IMG/VR virus record: IMGVR_UViG_3300027763_000219
Location: 1-25,551 of that record
Reading direction: 5' to 3' (one strand)
Source: a virus
Taxonomy: Duplodnaviria; Caudoviricetes
Length of the DNA stretch: 25,551 nucleotides
Positions 9,356 through 17,213 of the stretch are shown in pieces; positions within the stretch are counted from its first letter, which is position 1; each line of letters begins with the position of its first letter. Below the pieces are notes generated by a model that saw nothing but the letters and a program-made list of their open reading frames with translations, was not told where the DNA came from and made no database searches. Made by a program: the position numbers and the translations under genes.

Positions 9356-10044
9356 GCGTACCTACCATACAACATGCTCGGCTTGATGACCGTAGGCACC
9401 TTTTCGCGGTCTTCAGCAGCCGCAGCTTGATAGGCTACATCAGCCATGCTTTGCAGCATACCGGCCTTCTCGGGTGCCCATTTCACCGCTAACCGCGCAG
9501 CCATACCCGCCGCCATAGCATCAAACCAACGCTGGGGCACATCCAGGGTATTGGTGGGGTTCCCTGGGTCTTGCGTGAAGTTCATGGTGTAATAAAACAA
9601 CGTATAGGTTGATAGGTCTGGCGTAGGCCAAAAGTAAACTGTCGGCGTAATGGTACGCTCAAAGTAATATTGTGTCGGCGGGGCTTGCTGCTGTTTATTG
9701 GGGATAGACGCATAATCCGCCCGACTGATGGGCGAAAGCATAATATCCGTGTTAATCCCGCCGCTGGTGGTGCGCCGGTAGACTTGGAACATTTCTACGT
9801 TCTTCGCGTTCAGCGTCAGGCTTGTCTGTCCCAATGTCAGGGCTGAACTGTTAAGCGTCACTTCCCAAAGGTTGATGCCCTTATTGGCCCATTCGGCACA
9901 TAGATAGCTAAGGCTGCGAATGGCACTCTGTACGTCATTGGCGGACAGGTCTGAAGCCTCACGGCCAATACGCTCGTAAGCCTCAACGATTACGCTATCA
10001 AGTTCGGTGTTTACGCCAAAGTCATACGTGCCGGTAAGCGTCAT
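9352..10044 (-). CDS. Head-tail adaptor / connector-like protein
   Basis: 230 aa; IVEAYERIG, SAIRSL..L.AEWANKGINLW, ISRADYASIPNK, PTQYY and FWPTPD motifs. Confidence 0.7.
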   Translation of the reverse strand: MTLTGTYDFGVNTELDSVIVEAYERIGREASDLSANDVQSAIRSLSYLCAEWANKGINLWEVTLNSSALTLGQTSLTLNAKNVEMFQVYRRTTSGGINTDIMLSPISRADYASIPNKQQQAPPTQYYFERTITPTVYFWPTPDLSTYTLFYYTMNFTQDPGNPTNTLDVPQRWFDAMAAGMAARLAVKWAPEKAGMLQSMADVAYQAAAAEDREKVPTVIKPSMLYGRYA

Positions 10045-10299
10045 CTAACAGGCCCACCTTTTTCTAGCGGCTTTACCGCGTTCGCCGGTCCAGCTTTGCG
10101 ACCTAGCGCAAAAGCTCTTCTTACGGCCCGCGTCGGCCTTGCTCTTGGGGTTCGGCGCTGGGGGCTTTAGGTTGCTTCCAGTACGCCGATTGATGGACGC
10201 CCTACCTTTGGCAGTCAAACCAGCGCCCTTAGCCACAGACAGCTTATAGCCGCCTGAAACTGTCATCCCGCGCATTTGGTCTTTCTTGCCACGGGCCAT
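10045..10299 (-). CDS. Small basic phage protein (DUF6321-like)
   Basis: 84 aa, Lys/Arg-rich; GLTAKGRA..NR.TGSNLKPP..RKKSFCAR..W.C pattern. Family name from memory. Confidence 0.65.
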   Translation of the reverse strand: MARGKKDQMRGMTVSGGYKLSVAKGAGLTAKGRASINRRTGSNLKPPAPNPKSKADAGRKKSFCARSQSWTGERGKAARKRWAC

Positions 10300-10304
10300 C
10301 GAGT

Positions 10305-10955
10305 TTAGTACCCCGATTGGATAATGTTGACTTGAGCCGCGCCCGTTGCCGTGCCGGTTGCAACAAAGATGGCACGATAAGCCGTGGCGTTTTCGGAGTA
10401 GTTAAGGTTTGTAGCCGTCGTAACAGTCGTCAACCCAGTAGCAGAGATAATCATTGGGTTCGTGGACGTAGAAATAGGGTCAAAAGTGTGCTGGATAGAA
10501 ACCGGCGCGCTTGTGGCCGTATTGATTGCTACCGTCACAACCACTGGGTTCTGGAAAGTATCAACCACAGCCCAGCGGCTGGTGCCGGTAATACCGACAC
10601 CAACCGTGAACGCGCTAGTTGCAATAGTCCCAACTGAGATTGCTGTGACTTTGAAGAACTCAGCCACAGTGGTGGCCGTAGCATTGTTTGGCCCAGTAAG
10701 CGTTGTAGATACAGCATACCCAGACGTATCAATGCCCGTGATCGTAAAGGTCGCCGTGCTGATATTGCCGGTTGATGTGACCGTAAGTGTCCGTTGAATA
10801 CCGGGCGCTACAGTCACCGCAAAGGGCGTTACACCAGCATTAAAATTAGATAGCGACCCATTAAGAACAAGGGACTGATCTGTGGCTGTAGTCGTTTGCG
10901 TAGCGCAAACGCCGTTAGCCGTTTGCGTGGGGAAGCTGAATATTACTGGGCGCAT
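10305..10955 (-). CDS. Thr-rich virion (decoration-like) protein
   Basis: 216 aa, about 30% Thr+Ser by hand count, one Lys; shares a segment with 11898..12653. Confidence 0.7.
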   Translation of the reverse strand: MRPVIFSFPTQTANGVCATQTTTATDQSLVLNGSLSNFNAGVTPFAVTVAPGIQRTLTVTSTGNISTATFTITGIDTSGYAVSTTLTGPNNATATTVAEFFKVTAISVGTIATSAFTVGVGITGTSRWAVVDTFQNPVVVTVAINTATSAPVSIQHTFDPISTSTNPMIISATGLTTVTTATNLNYSENATAYRAIFVATGTATGAAQVNIIQSGY

Positions 10956-11826
10956 TTGCTACTCCAAGAGAAGGGTCATGGCCGTTTGTTAATGGGAGTG
11001 GCCCTCCCAGCATAGCATTATACATAGCATGTTCCCCGCCCATACCCATAACCGGCTGCGGAGCCGCAATAGGTTGGATAACGGACGGACTAGCTACTTG
11101 TATCACTTGAAACTGAGAAGCCAGTTTAGGCGGGTTACGAATACGATCTTCGTGCGCCAGTATTTGCTGGGCAGTCATGATCTTCCCGCCCATGCCTGGG
11201 GGTTGGTTCGGGTCAACAAACCAGCCATAAGGCTGCTGGTGGTTGTACATATCCATCAGGGTCGAGTTCTGAGCGACGGCAAAACGGACGCCGCGCTGGG
11301 TACCGATACCCATGTAGAACTCGCAGCACGCACGGCCAGATTCAGCCAAATGCACATCAGGATACGAGAAATCACAGCCAAACAGGCCGATTTCGTTAAA
11401 CCCATCAGCCAAAGCTAGGGCAATGGCATACGAGACGCTGGTGTTGAAGTAGGTAATCCCGCCAAACGAAGCCATAACCCGAGCGAACGGGTAAACGACA
11501 TGGTTGGAATAACGGGGGTGCGGCCACGATGTATAGAACGGGGTGTTGTCCTTCAGCGCGTATTCGCACATATCACGGACAACAGGGTGGCCCAAATAGG
11601 GGTGAACAGGGTCAACGTGGATAATACGGTCGCAGCGTATCTGTGCGCCCATGTAGTTAATGCACCATGTTTCCGCGTTTTGCAGGATTTCAGGGCGCGT
11701 TTCCATAAGCTGCGCCTGGAAAAAGTCTGAACGGCTTGAACCCATAGCAATAATGTTGACCGCCTTACGAGCCGGGGCGTGCATGATCGCTGTAGGTGCT
11801 GCTTGAGCTAAATGAGATTCTGTCAC
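10915..11826 (-). CDS. Putative GT42/Maf(DUF115)-like nonulosonate (sialyl-type) transferase
   Basis: GTG start with AGGA upstream. VNIIAMGSS...WCIN...DRIIHVDP and NTSVSYAIALALADGFNEIGLFGCDFSY resemble Cst-II-type motifs (VIIAGNGPS..RCN; TSGVY.CAVAIALGYKEIYLSGIDFY, recalled from memory). The CDS is secure; the function is inferred. Confidence 0.55.
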   Translation of the reverse strand: MTESHLAQAAPTAIMHAPARKAVNIIAMGSSRSDFFQAQLMETRPEILQNAETWCINYMGAQIRCDRIIHVDPVHPYLGHPVVRDMCEYALKDNTPFYTSWPHPRYSNHVVYPFARVMASFGGITYFNTSVSYAIALALADGFNEIGLFGCDFSYPDVHLAESGRACCEFYMGIGTQRGVRFAVAQNSTLMDMYNHQQPYGWFVDPNQPPGMGGKIMTAQQILAHEDRIRNPPKLASQFQVIQVASPSVIQPIAAPQPVMGMGGEHAMYNAMLGGPLPLTNGHDPSLGVANAPSNIQLPHANG

Positions 11827-11853
11827 GGGTTACTTCCTTGCCTAGTTACCGTC

Positions 11854-11890
11854 AATAAAGACGCCGGGGCATGACGGCCATACCCCGGCG
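11854..11890 (-). terminator. Intrinsic terminator-like hairpin
   Basis: Minus strand CGCCGGGGTATG-GCCGT-CATGCCCCGGCG followed by TCTTTATT, 7 nt after the stop at 11898. Confidence 0.65.
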
Positions 11891-11897
11891 CTTAACA

Positions 11898-12653
11898 TTA
11901 AGCAGAATACGGCGTTACGCCATACGTATTTTCTTTGGTATCGGCACCAGCCAGAGTCCCGTCGTTCGGGGTAACAGTCTGGAAAGTGATGTACCTGGAA
12001 CCGTTAGCCAGCACAGCCGTAGCCAATGCAACCGTTCCGCGAACATCAGCGGTGGTCGCCGTAGCAACGCCCGTAGCGGCAAAGCCAGCGGTGTAAGTCG
12101 GAGCAATCGACGCCGAACCACCGTTGATATAAGCACCAAGACCTTCGCCCACGTTATTAAGGCGATAAGGCAAGCCAAAGGTATCAGAGTTACCAATCGC
12201 CAACAGACCAGTGGCCGCACCATTAGCCGAGGCCGTGGTGACGGTCTTAAAGGCCGAAAGCGTAGTAACAACAGAACCAGTATTGCCGAAGGTATTGCCG
12301 GTCGGGCCAATGATGGATGCGGTAAGCGGCGCACCATACGCATCCGTACCTTGAAAGGTAAATGTCGTCGTTGACATATTGCTGGAAGCCGTAATGGACA
12401 CGCAACGCGGAACGTCAAAGGTAGCAACGCCGCCGCTAACCAAAGCGCCCGTGCCGGTCAGCGTACCCGCAATGGCAGACGACGCATAGAACACGCCGCT
12501 GGCCAAAGAAGTAGACGCTGTACCAACTTGGTAAACGTAAGTCTGAGTCAGTGGGACGCCATAAATTTCGTCCTCCGCATACCCAGCAGAAGGGACGGAA
12601 TTGCGGTTATAGACCGCACGCCCCATTTTTACACTGTCAAAAAAAGTTGTCAT
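11898..12653 (-). CDS. Thr/Ala/Gly-rich capsid decoration-like protein
   Basis: 251 aa immediately after the major capsid gene; GAGG RBS; DVPRCVSIT..GTDAYG motif. Confidence 0.7.
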   Translation of the reverse strand: MTTFFDSVKMGRAVYNRNSVPSAGYAEDEIYGVPLTQTYVYQVGTASTSLASGVFYASSAIAGTLTGTGALVSGGVATFDVPRCVSITASSNMSTTTFTFQGTDAYGAPLTASIIGPTGNTFGNTGSVVTTLSAFKTVTTASANGAATGLLAIGNSDTFGLPYRLNNVGEGLGAYINGGSASIAPTYTAGFAATGVATATTADVRGTVALATAVLANGSRYITFQTVTPNDGTLAGADTKENTYGVTPYSA

Positions 12654-12676
12654 AATGACGCCTCACTGTTTGTTGT

Positions 12677-12716
12677 GAAAAGGGCCACCGCACCATTTTG
12701 CGGCACGATGGCCCTA
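12677..12716 (-). terminator. Intrinsic terminator after the major capsid gene
   Basis: Minus strand AGGGCCATCGTGCCG-CAAAA-TGGTGCGGTGGCCCT then TTTC. The G-U pairs work only on the minus strand. Confidence 0.75.
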
Positions 12717-12740
12717 TTCTCTATTTAACCCCCAGGGCTA

Positions 12741-13646
12741 TTAGGTAGCGCCAGAGCTACCAAACGCACCACGCGGGTTAGACCAACCGAACGAATAACG
12801 CTCGATAGCCTTGGCCAGCAGGTTGTCGCTGGTAAAGTCAGTGAACACATCAGTCTCAAGAGCTTCACGGACGTAGTGCTTCAAACCATTCGGCGCGTCG
12901 GTCATAACGAACCAGCCGTTGGTATCGGTCAAGAAGTGGTTGACGCGATAACCCTGCGGCACGGCACCAATGTTGTAGATCGCATTGATGTCGTTGTTCG
13001 CGGTGCCGGTGCGGAACTGCGAGTGCAGAATACGGTCGGCAGTGAACTGAAGCTGCGGCGGAACGACCAGCTTGGTCGGCTTCGTCATCGTGATGAGGCC
13101 AGCCTGATCGCGGAACTGCGAGATGGTTACGATAGCGTCTTGCAGAGACGATTCGTTCAAGTCCACCTGCACGCTCGGCGTGTTGGCGAACGTGCCGGTA
13201 TCAATCGGGTGCGCGGTCGAGAAGAGAGGCTGACCATCGCCGCCGGGGAACGAGGACGAGAAGCCGTTGTTCAGAACCGAAGCGCCGTTGACTTCTTTGC
13301 TTTGCAGCATCGAGTTACGGAGCGACTGCGCCTGAAGCGGGAACTGCGACTCATACAGGTTATCCTTCATCGCCTGACGGGTGATGATGAAGCCAACGCT
13401 GGTGTAGCGGTGGTAGTAAGTCGAGATAACGCGCTGTCCCATGTCCTGGAACTGCGTCGGCGCACCTTCACCTTTGATCGAGGCGAGGCCGAGCAGCTTC
13501 ATTTCAACTTCAATTTCAACTGCTTTATCCGAAGTATGGGTCGTGAAGATTTCCGTGTACTCAGCAGGGTACATGGGATAATCGCCAAAAACTTCTGCCA
13601 AACCGGGGCGGAGAAGTTGCTGGATTGAACTGGTATTAATAGTCAT
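12741..13646 (-). CDS. Major capsid protein (HK97 fold, Mu gpT-like)
   Basis: 301 aa; LLRPGLAEVFG, KGEGAP, GDGQPLFSTAHP, KLVVPPQL, NHFLTD..WFVMTD and ERYSFGWSNPRG motifs; strong codon bias; followed by a terminator. Confidence 0.9.
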   Translation of the reverse strand: MTINTSSIQQLLRPGLAEVFGDYPMYPAEYTEIFTTHTSDKAVEIEVEMKLLGLASIKGEGAPTQFQDMGQRVISTYYHRYTSVGFIITRQAMKDNLYESQFPLQAQSLRNSMLQSKEVNGASVLNNGFSSSFPGGDGQPLFSTAHPIDTGTFANTPSVQVDLNESSLQDAIVTISQFRDQAGLITMTKPTKLVVPPQLQFTADRILHSQFRTGTANNDINAIYNIGAVPQGYRVNHFLTDTNGWFVMTDAPNGLKHYVREALETDVFTDFTSDNLLAKAIERYSFGWSNPRGAFGSSGAT

Positions 13647-13678
13647 GTGTTTGCTCCTAGGCCAAAAGCGTTACGGGA

Positions 13679-14281
13679 CTAAATAACGTGCCCCGGGGTT
13701 CCAGCAGAACGCTGGCCATTGTTGATTTGAACAATCCAGTTAGCGAACGCGCCAACGGCATTATTAACGCGGGGGTCAAGAGAAACGATCCGCATGTTAA
13801 GGCCAGAAGCCGAGCTTGCAGTTGAATTGTTAAGCGTGACAGCCGAGATACCTGTGCGAGTGCTGCCAGCCGTGTACAGGAAGTTGGCATTTAGGCCAGG
13901 AGCCGACGCGGCCAACGGAGTGCCCGAAGCGCCCGTACCATCACCTTCGGTGATCGTGTACTGCGCCATCGGATCGTCGATGACCATTGCTACCGGGGTG
14001 TTGCCCGAAAGGAAAGCCGTCGCGCCGTTGAAGTAGTTGGCAAACTGCCAGACGCCCGAAGTGTCCTGATATTTGCAGCCCTGGAAAACGCCAGTGATTG
14101 CTGAACCAGCAACGCCGCGAATGATGACACCCGCCGTGGAAAGCGCCACGGGATCGTTCTGGAAGATCGTCTGTCCACCCGTCGCCGGGATGTTGTATTG
14201 ATTAGTGATACCATTGAAGGTAACACCGTTACCGCTGTTAAGCGGCTGGAGGCCAGCGCCACCAGATGCACCGTAAGACAT
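13679..14281 (-). CDS. Capsid-associated (cement/decoration-like) protein
   Basis: Start reassigned to ATG 14281 (MSYGASGG) because GGAG lies just upstream; 200 aa; IFQNDPV, GVFQGCKY and VIDDP motifs; directly precedes the MCP. Confidence 0.7.
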   Translation of the reverse strand: MSYGASGGAGLQPLNSGNGVTFNGITNQYNIPATGGQTIFQNDPVALSTAGVIIRGVAGSAITGVFQGCKYQDTSGVWQFANYFNGATAFLSGNTPVAMVIDDPMAQYTITEGDGTGASGTPLAASAPGLNANFLYTAGSTRTGISAVTLNNSTASSASGLNMRIVSLDPRVNNAVGAFANWIVQINNGQRSAGTPGHVI

Positions 14282-14341
14282 GTTATATACTCCGTTCAGA
14301 TGCGCCATTATTAGCGCGAAAACCTGGGTTTTTTACTGATT

Positions 14342-14580
14342 GCCACTACCAGTGGCCGGAGCAGATAACGTAACTGCCGTCGATAACGGGTGCTTTTGCA
14401 CCCGGCCAAATACGTGATTGGCGTCGATAATCCGCTATTGCGGAAGCGATATAACGACCTAGATTACCACGATTTGAACCTTATGTAAGCCCGTATCGTG
14501 GTGGGGTGGCCAGGAATGGCCCCTATCACACACTCCGGCAAGGGAAAGGTGGGCCGGGGCTTTTTAACCCCAGCCACCCC
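14342..14580 (-). other. Highly structured intergenic element (candidate cis-regulatory RNA or ncRNA)
   Basis: At least seven consecutive helices, including two tandem hairpin-TTATCGAC-hairpin units and the ACCACGAT/ATCGTGGT and GGGGTGGC/GCCACCCC stems. Confidence 0.55.
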
Positions 14581-14585
14581 ATAAC

Positions 14586-15083
14586 TTACTCCTTGAACTC
14601 GGCTTTATGGCCAAATTCAGTCTTAGATTCATCAAAACGCGGCATTGTTTGTGCAAACGGATTAGAGCCAGCGGCCTGTGTCCATTGCGTGCCGTTCATC
14701 AACTGCTTTGATCTAGCCTCAAGGGTAGCCTTATCCCTTCTTACGTCAGCAGAGGGCTTTTCGCAAAGAATAAGACCGCCTTCATCAATGTAAGAGTTGT
14801 CGTCAGAGCCAAAGCCAATGTTCGGCACGGGCGGAAACAACTCAGGGTGACGGTCACGAGGAACCGGGGTCCAGCCAGCGCGATACTTCTGGTTCCAGTT
14901 GTCTTTGTTCTGCGTGCCAGCGTTATCAAACGTGATGGCAACCCAAGCATAAGTCATGGTCTTGGGAATAACCTCTGGCGGAATGTAAAAACGAGATTGG
15001 TGAGTAGTTCGCATGGCAGAACGGCTTTCCGCAGTGCGTGTCGTGCTTTCGCGGGTTTCAGAATTACGTGGTTTACGACCCAT
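14586..15083 (-). CDS. Conserved phage head-module protein, hypothetical
   Basis: 165 aa, AGGAG RBS; YAWV, GWTPVP..RHPEL and GGLILCEKP motifs; lies between scaffold-like and capsid genes. Confidence 0.75.
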   Translation of the reverse strand: MGRKPRNSETRESTTRTAESRSAMRTTHQSRFYIPPEVIPKTMTYAWVAITFDNAGTQNKDNWNQKYRAGWTPVPRDRHPELFPPVPNIGFGSDDNSYIDEGGLILCEKPSADVRRDKATLEARSKQLMNGTQWTQAAGSNPFAQTMPRFDESKTEFGHKAEFKE

Positions 15084-15095
15084 GATGAGTCTCCT

Positions 15096-16211
15096 TTAAG
15101 TCTTGTTTGTATTCATAAGGCGACGAGCGTAGCTCACCTTAGCGTCATCAAATGACATCGGCCTAAACTGACTTGGATGGCCCTGTGGGTATTTTGGCCC
15201 ACCGCCGTTATCAACCATTTTCTTGACAAACCGAATTTGGTCGCCCGTCAGCTTAAATTTGGTGGAATTTTTGACTTGTCCACCGGACGACATCGACCGA
15301 GTAGGAGCCGCGACGGGAGAGGCTTTTTTCGGTTGCGCTTTGGGCTGTTCCTGCTCTTCTTCGCTAAAGTAATCGGGAAACTGTTGACGCATATGCTCTT
15401 CAACAGCTTGAAAATACTCCGGTGAAGAAACCTTATAGTCCAAACGACCACTTGAAATCTGCCGTTCTAGCTTTGTGGCAAACATGGTGGCTTCAATGTG
15501 CATATCATCGTCGTAATCAGGGTTTTCCACCGGCTTGCCAGCGCGGTCAAACACCACATCGCCATTATTATCGCGCTGAACCGCATCAAAATAGCGATTC
15601 TCCATCATCCAACCCTTAATTTCGGGCGGAAGTTCGGGAGTTTGCATATTCTGAGGCTGTTGTTGCGCTTGTTGCTGCCGGGGTCGCTCGGCTGGCTTGT
15701 TTTTCTCAGACTTCTTCCAAGCCTCAACGTCGTCCATCGTCGATTTAGCAGATGCAAGCCGTTCGGCGGCTTCGGTGATCTTGGCCGGATCACCGCTTTC
15801 AATAGATGAAGAGTGAAAAGCACGCGCCTCACGCAAATCGGACTCAGCTTTAGCCGCGTAGCTGTGCATTGCTACGTTAGAAGCCTCATTAGCCTTGGCT
15901 TCAAACTCAGATGCACGCTGGCGTTCACGCTCAAGCTCGGCCTGAAGCTGATTTGCGTAGCCACGGGCCTCATCACGCTCATGGGTCAGCGTTGCATAAC
16001 GCTTCGGGCCACGGCGCTTGAAGGTTTTCTTAGTCTCTTCGGTTTCTTCGGGAGCTTCAGCGGCTTCAGCTTCTCCGCCTTCTTCAGAAAGCTCAATCTC
16101 TTCATCGTTAAACTCCTCTTCGCCAGTCAGGTTTTGAGGAGTCTGCGGCTCGGGGGCTGGGTTCTGACCCGTGCCCTCCGCTGCATACAGCTTGGTTGGT
16201 AAAATATTCAT
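15096..16211 (-). CDS. Putative capsid scaffolding protein
   Basis: 371 aa; acidic N-terminus, coiled-coil middle, W..EN.YF, EYFQAVEE.MRQQFP, SPVAAPTR and KLTGDQ..; position between portal and MCP. Confidence 0.65.
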   Translation of the reverse strand: MNILPTKLYAAEGTGQNPAPEPQTPQNLTGEEEFNDEEIELSEEGGEAEAAEAPEETEETKKTFKRRGPKRYATLTHERDEARGYANQLQAELERERQRASEFEAKANEASNVAMHSYAAKAESDLREARAFHSSSIESGDPAKITEAAERLASAKSTMDDVEAWKKSEKNKPAERPRQQQAQQQPQNMQTPELPPEIKGWMMENRYFDAVQRDNNGDVVFDRAGKPVENPDYDDDMHIEATMFATKLERQISSGRLDYKVSSPEYFQAVEEHMRQQFPDYFSEEEQEQPKAQPKKASPVAAPTRSMSSGGQVKNSTKFKLTGDQIRFVKKMVDNGGGPKYPQGHPSQFRPMSFDDAKVSYARRLMNTNKT

Positions 16212-16220
16212 GCTACTTGC

Positions 16221-16700
16221 CTATACTTTGGGTGGAACATAAACCGAGGAAAGATCGGCAGGGTCTTCTACCGTTCCAATGATCTTGTCATCCGGCAGAA
16301 CGCCAATCGCCACACCGCGCCAGTTGGTGAGCCACGTTGAAGCGCGGGGGATAGCTACCCAGTCGCCTACGCGGCAAGTCGGGCCATCGGCCCAGGCTTC
16401 GCCAGTGTCGCGGTTCTTGAAGCAGCCGGGACCGATAGCAACAACAAGGGCGCTGCAAGATTCAAGCGCGTCTTGTTTTTGCACAATCGGGGCTGTCCAA
16501 AGGGTCTTCTTTGAACCGTCCGGCATGTCGATAATCGACAATTCATCTGCCCTGACGTAAATCTTGACCGCAATGTAATACCCAGCCGGACGGAAGCCGA
16601 ACTTCTTGCCTGTAAGCTCAATAAACTGATCGTCAATCAGTTTTTGGGCGTCTTTAACTTCGTGTTCTTCCACATATGGAAGTGCAGTTACCTTAGCCAT
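16221..16700 (-). CDS. GroES/Cpn10-like co-chaperonin
   Basis: RPAGYYIAVK, VVAIGPG, CRVGDWV and LPDDKIIGTVED match the GroES pattern (P..D.V.V; V.AVG.G; VKVGD.V; DILA.V). Confidence 0.75.
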   Translation of the reverse strand: MAKVTALPYVEEHEVKDAQKLIDDQFIELTGKKFGFRPAGYYIAVKIYVRADELSIIDMPDGSKKTLWTAPIVQKQDALESCSALVVAIGPGCFKNRDTGEAWADGPTCRVGDWVAIPRASTWLTNWRGVAIGVLPDDKIIGTVEDPADLSSVYVPPKV

Positions 16701-16983
16701 AATTAATCCTTGCCTGTTGGTTGGTTTCAGTCCCCGGCTCTTCGGGGTTTATCAGCTTCTTGTACTCTTCCTCCACGACCGACATGAGCATGTTGATCGC
16801 GTCTATCGTTGCGTTGGTGTCGATTGCGAAGAAGGCGATTTCTTCTGCCGTAGCGGCGGGAACCGCCGCGCCCTCGACAACCATCGGGGCGCGGGGTTTG
16901 CATCTTCGGAGTGCGTTTATCTTGTCTTCCCGAATTTCCCTTAGCCGTACCGTGACCTTCCTTGCCAGCAGGTCTGCACTCAT
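16693..16983 (-). CDS. Hypothetical helical protein
   Basis: 96 aa, overlapping both neighbours. Confidence 0.7.
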   Translation of the reverse strand: MSADLLARKVTVRLREIREDKINALRRCKPRAPMVVEGAAVPAATAEEIAFFAIDTNATIDAINMLMSVVEEEYKKLINPEEPGTETNQQARINYG

Positions 16984-17144
16984 TTTTTCTTTACCTTCTC
17001 CGGCAAGCCAGATAGCGACTTACCTTTTTCCGTTTTTACAAATTCTTTAGCTACAGATTGCTTTATGCCCAGCTTCCTAGCCATCGCTGGCCGGGAAGCT
17101 GCTGCACGCATAAACCGATTTTGGGCTTTACTAACGACAGGCAT
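16980..17144 (-). CDS. Small basic phage protein (54 aa), not in ORF track
   Basis: MPVVSKAQNRFMRAAASRPAMARKLGIKQSVAKEFVKTEKGKSLSGLPEKVKKK*; ATGA overlap with the next gene; resembles the common phage MP..SK.Q..FM.A.A..P..A.K.GI.QSV..EF pattern. Confidence 0.8.
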   Translation of the reverse strand: MPVVSKAQNRFMRAAASRPAMARKLGIKQSVAKEFVKTEKGKSLSGLPEKVKKK

Positions 17145-17146
17145 AA

Positions 17147-17212
17147 CTATTTGCCTTTGCCCTTTTTGACTGTTTTCGGCTTTAGACGAATGTCTTTTAC
17201 GGGGCGCGACAT
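17147..17212 (-). CDS. Basic micro-peptide (21 aa), not in ORF track
   Basis: MSRPVKDIRLKPKTVKKGKGK*; ATG 1 nt after the previous stop, GGAGG upstream, stop 2 nt before the next ATG. Confidence 0.6.
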   Translation of the reverse strand: MSRPVKDIRLKPKTVKKGKGK

Positions 17213-17213
17213 A

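Noticed and set aside
11827-11855. Sigma70-like promoter TTGACG-N17-TAACCC before the putative transferase
   Set aside because: The -10 is poor and abuts the GTG start; a chance match cannot be excluded.
14360-14444. Guanidine-II (mini-ykkC) riboswitch or CRISPR-like mini-array
   Set aside because: Loops are 8-9 nt TYACGT(T)AT rather than ACGR tetraloops; only two 8-9-nt repeats and no cas genes.
14499-14580. Canonical tRNA (Lys-TTT at the anticodon position) or HDV-like ribozyme
   Set aside because: The anticodon stem does not pair and the T-loop lacks TTC; no P1.1 GG or J4/2 signature for HDV. Kept only as a tRNA-like candidate.
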